64,000 nucleotides of DNA. Source: Magallana gigas. Its lineage: Eukaryota. Of the stretch, positions 24,150 through 35,969 are shown piece by piece (positions within the stretch are counted from its first letter, which is position 1; every line of letters starts with the position of its first letter). The notes below the pieces were generated by a model, which did no database searches, had not been told where the DNA came from, and saw only the letters and a list, made by a program, of their open reading frames with translations. The stretch covers positions 12,648,001 through 12,712,000 of the forward strand of contig NC_088857.1 of the NCBI RefSeq assembly GCF_963853765.1. Direction: 5' to 3'. Made by a program: the position numbers and the translations under genes.

Positions 24150-27100
24150 ATGATACCACTAGGTTAGTGAAATTTTTAGTATATACTGTACTATTTTATT
24201 AGGCCTATATGTCAAAAATACGCATTTGAAAAGGGTATTATTACACCGTGCTTCTGAAGTAAAATTACTTGAAACTGAAAGTGTGTGTACATGTATTAAC
24301 CTTAATTAGTTTTTGAAGATTAAATTAATTATGATTTACCATTTTTCTAGTCATTAGATTACTCGTGCTGTGTAAATTTATACCACGATCATGAGCATTT
24401 AGCAGTCCTGGGATGAGTATGTGTATTATAGGCGGGGTGGCTCATGGAGAAGGGAAATTTTTTTATCTGTGTTTATTTTTGTCTGTGTGTGATTTTTTTA
24501 CGAGATTCCCTATTACACGAAATCTTAACATTTTTTCCATTAGGATGAAACATTCAGACAAAATTAAAAACTTTGTCGACAGTTCGTGCAAATCAGAAAC
24601 CCAAGTACAGTATTTATAGTTCTATATATCTCTATTGGGTGTTGTTGATGCTCCAAGGAACGTGTATTCTTTAGAATGACAGACTTGAAAAATATGTACA
24701 GTTTCGACTATACAATGTTCTGAAGTTATCAAAGTACTTATGTACTTCAAAGGTTCAAAATTGATGTCGGATCTCTGTAGTCATCCATTCTTTTAATCAA
24801 AGTGAGATATGTAGTTTAACGTAATGTACACTTTAACAAATTACAGAGAGGAAGAGGAAAGCCTAATTTTTCCATCTTTCATTGATTTCCAAACCCTTAT
24901 GATATCAAAGATGGCGATAACAAATGTTTTTATAACTCTCTAAAAATTATAAATGTTACATGATTTGTGGTCAATCAAGCATGTCACTATATCTTTAATC
25001 TCCCAAGTACATAGGTAATAAAGCTAACAACATAAAATTTTACATCCTAGATTATAAAGATTTGCATTCATTATTATATATGTACCGGTATATTTATTAC
25101 AGGTGTTTAGCTTGGTGATAGAAACCTGAGATTTTCACCTGCTACAGTATGAATATATTAGCTCTCCGAGTTACAATTGACCTGGGGTTATTTTTTTTCT
25201 TTCTTTCCAGCGATTTTGGCTGTGGCCTTATCCTCGGCCTCTGCCCTATACTCCAGCTCAGATGATGTCCTAGAGTTAACCCCCTCTAATTTCAACAAAG
25301 AAGTCACCATGTATGATGGTCTTGTGTTTGTGGAGTTTTATGCACCATGGTAAGAGACCGTTCTATTGTTGTCCCATAGCTTAAATTGGAAACTCATCGG
25401 TGATCAAATCATCTCAATATTAAAAGTTAATCTAGCACTGAGAAATTTAAAATGCTACAGTACCTTCGTGATGACAAAGAAAAACTTAACAGCAAAGAAA
25501 AACCATGGTGATAATTATTTATCTTGATTTTTACAGGTGTGGACATTGTCAATCATTGGCTCCCGAGTGGAAAAAAGCAGCCACTGCTCTCAAGGTAAGG
25601 CTACTCCTTTAATTCCTAGTTTTGGGGGGGGGGGGGTATTGAAAGAAAACAGATTCTGAAGGAGTAGAATTATGTTTTAGCTCACCTGTGAATATAAATA
25701 TGAAAACATGGTCATTGGTTTACCGGTATTGAATGGTTCTTTGTTTTGTACAGGGGGTTGTGAAGATTGCAGCAGTAAATGCTGATGAGCACCAAAGCTT
25801 AGGAGGACAATATCAGATCCAAGGGTTCCCCACCATCAAAGTCTTTGGTGCCAATAAAAACAGTCCATCTGACTACCAAGGTAACTTCTATACGACTCTC
25901 AAATGTTTGTATCAATATCAAATCATTTGTATAACCTTTTAGAGGCATATCGCAGATACCACTACATATGTTTTAAGATTTTCTAACTATGATTTCAAAA
26001 AAACATATCATTATGGATGAATCAGTGCAGACTGAAGTCTATGACATTAATATGACACATCCTTATATGGTTTATTGTACATTGTGATAGGTGGAAGAAC
26101 AGCCGATGCCATTGTTGACACAGCTCTTTCCAAACTGAAATCTCTGGTTCAGGACAGGCTGAAAGGTCGTGGTGGATCAAGTGGTCGAAGTGGTGGCAGT
26201 GGTGGAAAGGTAAAATTTGTTAAAAAAACAAAACAAAACATATTTACTTGTTGGCCGTAAAACATGAAAGAGAATAGAATACCCTAATACAGGTTCTGAC
26301 GTAAAAGTAATTTTACCTGTTGTCAAGAGCAGTGCTCCCACTGGACCAAAAATCATTTTCGCCACCCTAGCACAGCACAAAGAACGACCAATCTCTTGAC
26401 TTAAAACAAATTTTGGTTTGAAGTTAACATTACTTTGATGAAATACACTACACATATTGGTTTGATTTGAAAGTTTTATTGACAAGTGGGATGTTGTTTC
26501 AGTCGGGTGGCGGCAGTGCTGACGATGTGGTAGAGCTGACAGACAGTAACTTTGAGCGGCTGGTGCTGGACAGTGACGACATGTGGTTGGTCGAGTTCTT
26601 TGCCCCGTGGTGTGGACATTGTAAGAACCTGGCCCCACACTGGCAGAGTGCTGCCTCAGAGATGAAGGGAAAGGTCAAGTTTGGAGCTCTGGATGCTACA
26701 GTGCACAGCGTCATGGCCAACAGATACGGGGTAAATTTTACTTTGTTTATTAGAAGTTGTAAGGTTATATTTTATGAATAATGATTTTTAACCGGGTTTT
26801 CCAACAGAAAAATCCGGTTATTAAAATGGTGAAAATGGCGGGCGGGCGGGCGGCTGCCAAAAGGGTACCCTCATTGTACAGATAACTCCTCCTACAGTTT
26901 TCAAGATAGGAAGTTGTTCTTTTGCAGATCAATTGTACATATATCAGAGGTGTGCATATTGCTAGGATTTTGATTTCTGATAATTTATCGAAAAAATACC
27001 AGCTTTTGAACTTAGTCATTTTTTGGCAAAATATTGCATATAGGGTACCCTCATTGTACGGATAACTCCTCCTACAGTTCTCAAGATAGGAAGTTGTTCT

Positions 27101-30100
27101 TTTGCAGATCAATTGTACATATTTTAGAGGTGTGCATATTGCTAGGATTTTGATTTCTGATAATTTATCGAAAAAATACCAGCTTTTGAACTTAGTCATT
27201 TTTTGGCAAAATATTGCATATAGGGTACCCTCATTGTACGGATAACTCCTCCTACAGTTCTCAAGATAAGAAGTTGTTCTTTTGCAGATCAATTGTACAT
27301 ATATCAGAGGTGTGCATATTGCTAGGATTTTGATTTCTGATAATTTATCGAAAAAATACCAGCTTTTGAACTTAGTCATTTTTTGGCAAAATATTGCATA
27401 TAGGGTACCCTCATTGTACGGATAACTCCTCCTACAGTTCTCAAGATAGGAAGTTGTTCTTTTGCAGATCAATTGTACATATATCAGAGGTGTGCATATT
27501 GCTAGGATTTTGATTTCCGATAATTTATGAAAAAAATACCAGCTTTTGAACTTAGTCATTTTTTGGCAAAATATTGCATATAGGGTACCCTCATTTTACG
27601 GATAACTCCTCCTACAGTTCTCAAGATAGGAAGTTGTTCTTTTGCAGTTCAATTGTACATATGTCAGAGGTGTGCATATTGCTAGGATTTTGATTTCTGA
27701 TAATTTATGAAAAAAATACCAGCTTTTGAACTTAGTCATTTTTTGGCAAAATATTGCATATAGGGTACCCTCATTGTACGGATAACTCCTCCTACAGTTC
27801 TCAAGATAAGAAGTTGTTCTTTTGCAGATCAATTGTACATATATCAGAGGTGTGCATATTGCTAGGATTTTGATTTCTGATAATTTATCGAAAAAATACC
27901 AGCTTTTGAACTTAGTCATTTTTTGGCAAAATATTGCATATAGGGTACCCTCATTTTACGGATAACTCCTCCTACAGTTCTCAAGATAAGAAGTTGTTCT
28001 TTTGCAGATCAATTGTACATATATCAGAGGTGTGCATATTGCTAGGATTTTGATTTCTGATAATTTATCGAAAAAATACCAGCTTTTGAACTTAGTCATT
28101 TTTTGGCAAAATATTGCATATAGGGTACCCTCATTGTACGGATAACTCCTCCTACAGTTCTCAAGATAGGAAGTTGTTCTTTTGTAGATCAATTGTACAT
28201 ATATCAGAGGTGTGCATATTGCTAGGATTTTGATTTCCGATAATTTATGAAAAAAATACCAGCTTTTGAACTTAGTCATTTTTTGGCAAAATATTGCATA
28301 TAGGGTACCCTCATTTTACGGATAACTCCTCCTACAGTTCTCAAGATAGGAAGTTGTTCTTTTGCAGTTCAATTGTACATATGTCAGAGGTGTGCATATT
28401 GCTAGGATTTTGATTTCTGATAATTTATGAAAAAAATACCAGCTTTTGAACTTCGTCATTTTTTGGCAAAATGTTGCATATACATGTAGGGTACTTCATT
28501 TCACTGGATAAGGGTTGACATGGATTATGGATACAGTTTACATAAAAGAAAACCCGGTTTGCTGTCACATTGACAGCATTTCACTTGTTGAAATATCCTA
28601 TACAACAGTGAGACATGGTTAAAGCAGATATGCTTATTACAAATTCATCCTTAGTATCAACTCTGTTTCATTCCCCTATTATTAATATTGTATTAAAAAC
28701 TTATAAAATTTAACAAATTATGTTTATATTGAATCAAAATGGCTTGTCCCTAACCCTTTGGTATAGCATATTTTACTGTACTTTCTAATGGGAGTTTTAA
28801 AAATTGTTTATGAGAAATGTGCCTTCTTTTGTCTAGGTCCGAGGATATCCCACCATCAAGATGTTCCCTGCCGGTAAGAAGGACGGAGATGCCATGGAAT
28901 ATGATGGAGGGCGAACCTCTTCAGACATTGTCAACTGGGCCACAGAAAAACTCGCTGAGAACCTCCCTCCCCCGGAAGTTGTACAGGTATACCCGTAGCT
29001 TTGAATAAAGATATTGTTTTAGGGGTCAAAAGGTGTATGGGGATAATTCTTGATTTGGGCCAATATTTTCAGTTTTAATAGATGCACATTTATTATTTGG
29101 GTCATTGTTAGTAATGTGAAAACATCTGAAAACTTTTTTGTAAGACCTCCGTAAGGTTTACAAGGTAAAGCCATATATTTTTTTGTGTAGATAAACCACT
29201 GCGATAAAGTTAGCATTCTTTGTTCTCTTAACTTCAATCCAATTTCCTTTTTTTCAACAGATTGTGTCCCAAGACACCATCAAGACAAACTGCGAGGAGA
29301 AGCAGCTGTGTGTGGTAGCAGTCCTCCCCCACATTCTGGACTGTCAGTCCAAGTGTCGAAATGACTACATTCAGATCCTGAAGGACCTGAGCACAAAGTA
29401 CAAGAAACAACCCTGGGGGTAAGAATCCTGTTGCTCTGTCTCAGAGAAAATAAACACACAATTTAGAAATTTTGTGTTATCCATGGTTAAATCTGTACAT
29501 GTATGGTTATCTGTGCTGTATGGTAAATTTTGACAATTAACGTTGGTTTCTGTATTATTTGTTTGCTGTTGATTTGTTTTGTGACCACTGTTGTTAATTT
29601 GTTTTGTATTCGTGATTGTAGATGGGTGTGGTCTGAAGCGGGTCAACAGATGGAGCTTGAGGCTGCTCTTGGCATTGGTGGATTTGGTTATCCGGTATGT
29701 ATCAATTCTCTACAACCATACCGATTTATTGTGCTATTAGTTCTGACTGTCAAGCTACTGGGCAGTGCACGTGTCTGACTGCTGGGCAGTACTATTCATA
29801 ATTTCAGCACAAAATCCTACTTTAATGAAAAAATATTTTTTTCATATTTCTGTTGGTTGTGCATTGTTATGCAAGTTTTAATTTTTATAACTGAACTAAA
29901 GGTAAACATTTCTGTGTCTTGTACTAGCCCTGTATCTAAAGAATGCATCTGATTTACCATTTAGCAAAATGCACAGCATTGCAAAGTTCATTGTAAATAA
30001 ATTCTTTTGCAGGCTATGGCAGCTGTAAACACAAGAAAACAAGTTTATGTTTTACTGAAGGGTCCGTTTAGTGAAAAAGGCATTAATGAATACCTCAGGT

Positions 30101-30715
30101 AAAAGCTTTAATTTGTGTGAAATTTGAACAGAAATTTTTGTATAGAATATTTTCTCTAATAAATTCCTCCTAATATACTTCTTCAATATTGTAAGAGGGG
30201 CAGAAACTCATGAATTCACTAAACTAACTACTGGTAACTTTGATTCTCTCAGACTCTCTCTCTTTATGAAATACATAATTTCAATAAGAGAGAAAAAGTT
30301 ACTTTTATGGCCATTTTTTTCTTTTATAAAGTGGAAATATGCAAAAATAACAAACCCGTGTTTTTATATTTACAGAGATTTATCATACGGCAAGGGTGCT
30401 CCTATCCCTCTCAAAGATACCAAGATTGCCAACATCGAAAAAACTGAACCCTGGGATGGAAAAGATGGAGAGGTAAATAAAAAGATTTCAATGTTAAGTA
30501 TATGAACTATTGTCAGGTGTTTTTGGGCAGAAATTAAAAACATTGAAATTTTATTTATTGTTTCTTAAGTGAAACACAACTGGAAAGAGTTGTTCCCCTT
30601 TAAATTTTAAAGCAGCAACTTTTTAAAATGAAATAAATTTTCCTTTCAGCTCCCTGTTGAAGATGATATAGATCTGAGCGACATTGACCTGGATGATGGA
30701 AAAGATGAACTATAG
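24150..30715 (+). CDS. PDIA6: Protein disulfide-isomerase A6 (P5)
   Basis: 12 exons in frame: 24150-24162, 25211-25349, 25537-25594, 25754-25880, 26091-26209, 26503-26730, 28837-28986, 29261-29418, 29622-29694, 30013-30098, 30376-30472, 30650-30715. The protein has a signal peptide, two WCGHC thioredoxin sites, a Gly-rich linker, [16 protein letters not shown], an acidic tail and a C-terminal KDEL. Confidence 0.97.
26788..28585 (+). mobile_element. HINE-like (non-autonomous Helentron-type) element in PDIA6 intron 6
   Basis: 5' subTIR aaccgggttttc (26790-26801) with an adjacent imperfect inverted repeat, then a (GCGG)n microsatellite and a central tandem array. The 3' end has the exact inverted subTIR gaaaacccggtt (28548-28559) and the hairpin tgctgtca-cat-tgacagca (28560-28578). 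Confidence 0.85.
26863..28482. repeat. Tandem array of 9 x 180-bp units
   Basis: gggtaccctcatt recurs every 180 bp from 26863 to 28303. Confidence 0.98.
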
Positions 30716-32377
30716 TGACTATTTTGGAAGGAGTTAGTGTGTGCATGTGTGTACATGTGTTTATCTGAGAGTGAATGAATAAGAGGGAAAATTTGTTGTT
30801 TTTTTGGTGTATTTTGTATTTGTCTTATTTCATTCCTCATGGTGAGTGTTGATGGGATAGTATTTCAATCAGAGGTCACTAGATGACCCTTTTAACTGTA
30901 CTTTATGTCAGGTTTTTGACATTTCAATGTATAAATGTTTATATTGTCACTACATCTACTTTCGTTTTTTAAATTGAAAATCCAAGTGACACGGGGAAGA
31001 AGAATCATCTGATTATGTTATATGATATCAGTTATTTGATGCTGATGACCAGAAGAATGCAGCCTAGTGGATGCTATTTTTGTAATTGATGGTGTGAATG
31101 CTTTATGACAATTTATTTATCATTTATGAATGTTGAAAATTTATTAAAAAATGTAAAATTTAATGCATTTGTACTTTGTTTTTTATGTATGGTAATGTCA
31201 TTGTAACATAACATTCCCTTCAATCTGTTCTTATATACGGGTAGTCTACAGTGTTAATGCTGCAGTTTTGCCTGCCCAAATTCAGCCAACATGCATGTAC
31301 ACTTAAAAATTAACTAGAGTGTATAAATAAAGCTATAATTGTCCTTGTGTACAGTCATTGGACATTTCTTATTTTATTATTTGTAAGCAAATCATCGGAA
31401 ACTTCATAACAAAATCTATTTTGTGAGTTAAGAGCAATTTTCATTGATAGGAATACAAAATAATGATTCAGTCAATTTGATTCATATAGATAAGATCAAC
31501 TAATACAGATATAAACAAAAATCATGTCCATTTTGATGAATATCAGTTTATAAACATCAGAGTTACAAGAACTCCAAAGCAGTTTCAAAACAGTTTTGAG
31601 AAAATTCAACTGTACATAAACAAGCCTTGATCAGCAAAAAATGAATTCAAACATTCATAGTGTGATGTGAAAATTAGATCTCATAATTAGGACTAAAGAA
31701 ACGCAACATAATAATTCGCTCTCAATATCCGAAATAAAAGGATAATATTACCAGTTATTATTGAAGAAAACAATCCCAATACAGTTTGGTGTTTTACATT
31801 ATAGACATTTTACATGTACAACCAATATGGTTCACATAACACCTCAGTTTTGTATCAGTACATAAATTTATTAACGTACACATATAAACTAGAAGTAGCA
31901 ATATTTCTATCAAAAAAGTGCATTACCGGGGGTACATACAGTTAGCAACAAAGTGGGTTATTCAACAACAGGAAATAAATCTGCAAATTCATACTGCTAG
32001 CCAGTAAGTCTTTGATTTAAAGACAGTTTACTCCTCTATCAAATTATGTCAGTTTACGAATTATGAATTGTGCTATAAAAATACGTAAAGAAATTTCATA
32101 ATTTTGTTAAGATAATACACATGTAGATATTCACAGCTGCAAATTTTAACAGCAAATAAATGTCTCAAATCTTTTAAATAAACTCCAAAACTAACAATTA
32201 CATAGATCTATTTACACTGTATAACTTCATATCAATTTCAAAAATTGCACTGGTATTCGAAACATTCAAAAGGGAGACATTGAAACAATCCTTTATTGGT
32301 AAAAAAAATGACTGGTTTTGACAAAGGTTATTGCAAATTGAAATAATTGTAAATTATAGATTCTAAGCATTCCGTCG

Positions 32378-35069
32378 TCATCTGCGTCTCTCTCCTTTCT
32401 GTGTTCGTTTTTTCTCCGTTTCCTTTCTGTCTTTCTCCTTCTGTTTTTGTTGCTCTCGGTCTTGTTTGTCCTTTTCCTTTTTCTTCTCGTATTCCTGTTT
32501 CGACTGCTCTCGGTGCTCCTGAACTGCTCGCGTCACTGCTTCGGCATTGTCATTTTTCTCTAACTTTCCTATAAAATATAAATAACAATGTACACAGTAC
32601 TAAAGGTAGAAATGGCTTCTTATAAGAAAAAAAATAACCAGGAAATTGACAAAATGATTATATATACAGCTATGTAGAATGAAAAAAAAGATGATTTGAT
32701 TTGATAAATACATTCTTGAATGTACATATGTATTTGTGTTCTACTGTGGTTTCATCAATATTCGTTGAATACTAATTTCGTTATTAAGTTGATCCACGAA
32801 ATTAAGTGCTCATTGAAGTGCAATTTCTATTAACATTCTGTATTGAATATGGTCATTGGCCACGAATTTACGTATCCTTGAAACTGTGATATTCACTTTA
32901 TCCACAAAAATTGATACCCTTGAATATTAATGAAACCATAGTATGTTAAATAAGAATTGATGAAATGAGTTTGGTATACAGTAATCTGGTTTGGACTGAA
33001 TCTACAAGGCTTTTTAAATGGTATGGGACATCTCCATTTTGCGACATTCTTCCTATCGAAATAAACATTTAGATATTTTTCTTTCCCAAATCAGTTATCT
33101 AACAGCATAGTGCAATGGGTAAGGTCGTTACCTACGGATCCGTAAGTCTTGAGTTGGAAACCAGCTGGGGCTTTTAAAATTTTCACTTTTCCAAAAAATT
33201 TTAAAACTTAATTTTTGGTCAAATTTTGTAAAATCAGAAAATTTTTAACCAGTATTAAAAAGTATTTTAATTATATTGATTTTTTATCGACATTAATATT
33301 GACAAGTGTCCCATACCACCTTAAGAATGTCTTACCTGCATTACCTCCCCCTGGGTCTTCATCATCATCTCTAGGTCAAAGGTCAAGGTTTAAATGGTTG
33401 GTAAATGTATCGAGTACATATTTATCTGCTTTGTGATTCTACAGTCTACACTTTAAAAATCTTACAAGAGGGAAATGGAAGAACTTTATAATTATTTCAA
33501 TAAAGGACTGGAATTATTATAAATTCTTCCAAAATACACAATTTGGATTTTCTTTGCTTGGATGGGAATTAAATAACCATCAAATTAAATGCTTTTTGAA
33601 GGTAATAGTCAGAGAAACAATTAAGATCATAAAATTTTCACTTTTACCTTATCATCTAAATACCGGTATATCAATTTGCGATAATGTTATGAAGGATACG
33701 TTTCTCCATCTGAAACAGCCCCATACTGAGCTAAAATGGCCTCTTTTCGAGCGATTTCATCTGCACTTTTTTCCTTTGGCTTTACACTCTCTATTTTCTG
33801 GTTCTCTAGAATCTCAGACAATTGGGTAGCTAATGTACTAGTATCTGCAAAAGTTGACAAGTTGGATCTATGTTTAAAATTAAAGTAAAATTGCCCTATG
33901 TATAAAAGAACTGATTCATTGACAGTTACTACAAACATTTCCCTGGTATCTCTGGAGAGAGGGTCTTAAATTTATAATCAATGATACATGTTATTCTGGG
34001 TACTTTTTGTTTAAGACGTTTTAAGGAAAAATTTTCTATCTGGTCAGATTAACACTGCTTCTATGGAGAGTTTGTTGTATTAAACTGACCTGTCTCTGCT
34101 TTTGCTTGTTTGCTATGCTCTTGATTCCACCTCTGTACTATTTCATCACACACTGTCTCTTTCTCTTCCTCCTAAGGAAACAATTACATGTAATTTCATT
34201 TATACTTCAGATGGACAAATAAAATTGAGTTGATATAACAAGGTTTACATGACAGTCACATATTGTACTCTGAAACTGAGGACAAAACAGATGGCTGGAA
34301 CTCAACACACACTATTGTATACCTGAATGTGGTAGAGTCAAATTCATGTATATGGCATTCCTACTAATGATTAAGCTTTGTGATTTAAGCTAGTGATTTA
34401 ACCCTACAGCTTGGTTGGTAGAGTGCTGGATTTGTAAGCAAGAGGACATCGGTTCAAACCCCAGCAGAAGCAGTATATTTCTTTGTTACATTTGCACCCA
34501 CAGTGGGTCCTGAGCATTCTCTGGCAGGTGAGTGAACAGGTGTTGGCACTCAGGAAAATTTAGAGACGACTCTTTGTTGGAGAGAACAACGCCATAAATT
34601 ATGTACATGTATATGACATTCCTACTAGCTTTGGGTAATTGAAATAACCCAAAACTCGATCGGTAGATGGTTGAATGACCTTATAGGCTCAAACCCTAAC
34701 AGAGACAAAATTTGTCTTTGTCTTACAGAGCATACATGATTTACCATGTTTACAAGTGGTAAATGCAACTATACTTTATGATTTTTGTCTTATGATAACT
34801 ATTCTTACAGTAGTGTACAGTGACACTGTAGATGTAGATGTTTGTGTAAAACGCAGGCTAGTTTTAAATAATTTCCAAGACTAAAAAAATGGTTTTACCA
34901 ACACTTCGCCCAAAATTCCCAAGATGGATTCGCGTGTATCCTCTTCGTCTGTTTCTGTTTCGAGGATACCAGTAATGTAAGTAACAAAAACCTCCGTATC
35001 AACTTCAGGATTCAGAGAAGTCAATCTTTCTCCTAACCAGTCCTCAAAGCTAACACTGGCAGCTGCCAT
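32378..35069 (-). CDS. CCDC43: Coiled-coil domain-containing protein 43
   Basis: 5 exons in frame: 35069-34899, 34171-34090, 33844-33700, 33370-33336, 32568-32378. FEDWLGERL..YITGIL, RKEAILAQY and the terminal RKEKEKKRTQKGERRR* match the CCDC43 family as I recall it. Confidence 0.9.
32742..32943. mobile_element. TA-flanked MITE (Tc1/mariner-type ends)
   Basis: Termini tactgtggtttcat and atgaaaccatagta are inverted repeats with one mismatch. Confidence 0.7.
34401..34470 (+). mobile_element. tRNA-derived SINE head remnant
   Basis: The A-box-like agcttggttggtagag and B-box-like ggttcaaaccc have tRNA spacing. A related copy lies at ~57001-57070. Confidence 0.55.
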
Positions 35070-35619
35070 TTTTTAGTTCGGGTTATTCTCCAATGATCGG
35101 TAATTTTCAATATATTGTAAAGGAAAAACTTTGAAAGTATCCGAAAGGACGAAAAATGGCAGCCCCCATTGTTTTGGCATGACATGAAGCATACAAGTAA
35201 GATATTTTAGTAAATTCTGTGTTATAGTTAGGTATAAGTTTTAAGAATTATTAAAAACGAGAAATTGATTCATTTATGATAACGTTTGTTGCATAGAACG
35301 CGTATGTATCTTTAAATGTTTGTTTTAAATGTTTGTATATCTGAGGAAATTCGCATTACCGTGATGATAGTCCAGTTTCTGAAAGCTTGGCGCATACAGC
35401 CGGAGAATAATATTAATTTCGTAATTGAAAAACTTGTATGGTTGATTTAAATATATAAATGAATATTGCAGAGATAGCTTCAGATACGGAGCCTGATCTC
35501 CATTATCAAGGATGCTAGAAAAACCTACTACATCACTCAAGCTTGATCATGTTGATAGATGTGTTTGTTGTTGAATGATAAATAATGATTTCTTATATAG
35601 GCCTTTAGTAATGTATGAT

Positions 35620-35925
35620 ATGAAACACCATTGTATTATATGATACAATTTTATATAATATAATATTATATTGGTAAAAAATGTATGATATTATATTATT
35701 TATCAATTTTTTTTGCATGATCCTCTATGATATTGTATAATATGATATTGTTAACTTACATATAATATAAATGAATACATTATTGTATCACATGAAATTG
35801 TATCATATTATACTGTAATATATAATATTGTATAATATGATACTATATTGTATACTATGTTATTGTATTATATAATAATTTATTGTATCACATGATATTG
35901 TTTCATAGATATGATATTATACTGT
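35620..35925. repeat. Degenerate AT-rich short-period repeat (tatga/tattg/tataa)
   Basis: Low-complexity pentamer-like repeats in LIPT1 intron 1. Confidence 0.7.
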
Positions 35926-35969
35926 TGTATCAAGTTTAAATTTGCATTGTTCTACTATTTGAAGGAAAG

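Noticed and set aside
26765-28279. 264-aa and two 107-aa repetitive ORFs ([10 protein letters not shown]...)
   Set aside because: They are by-products of a 180-bp (60-codon) satellite unit. A single-base variant creates the stops, and they lie antisense in a PDIA6 intron inside a HINE-like element.
26863-28482. Regular array as a possible CRISPR
   Set aside because: The units are head-to-tail near-identical with no unique spacers, there are no cas genes, and the context is eukaryotic.
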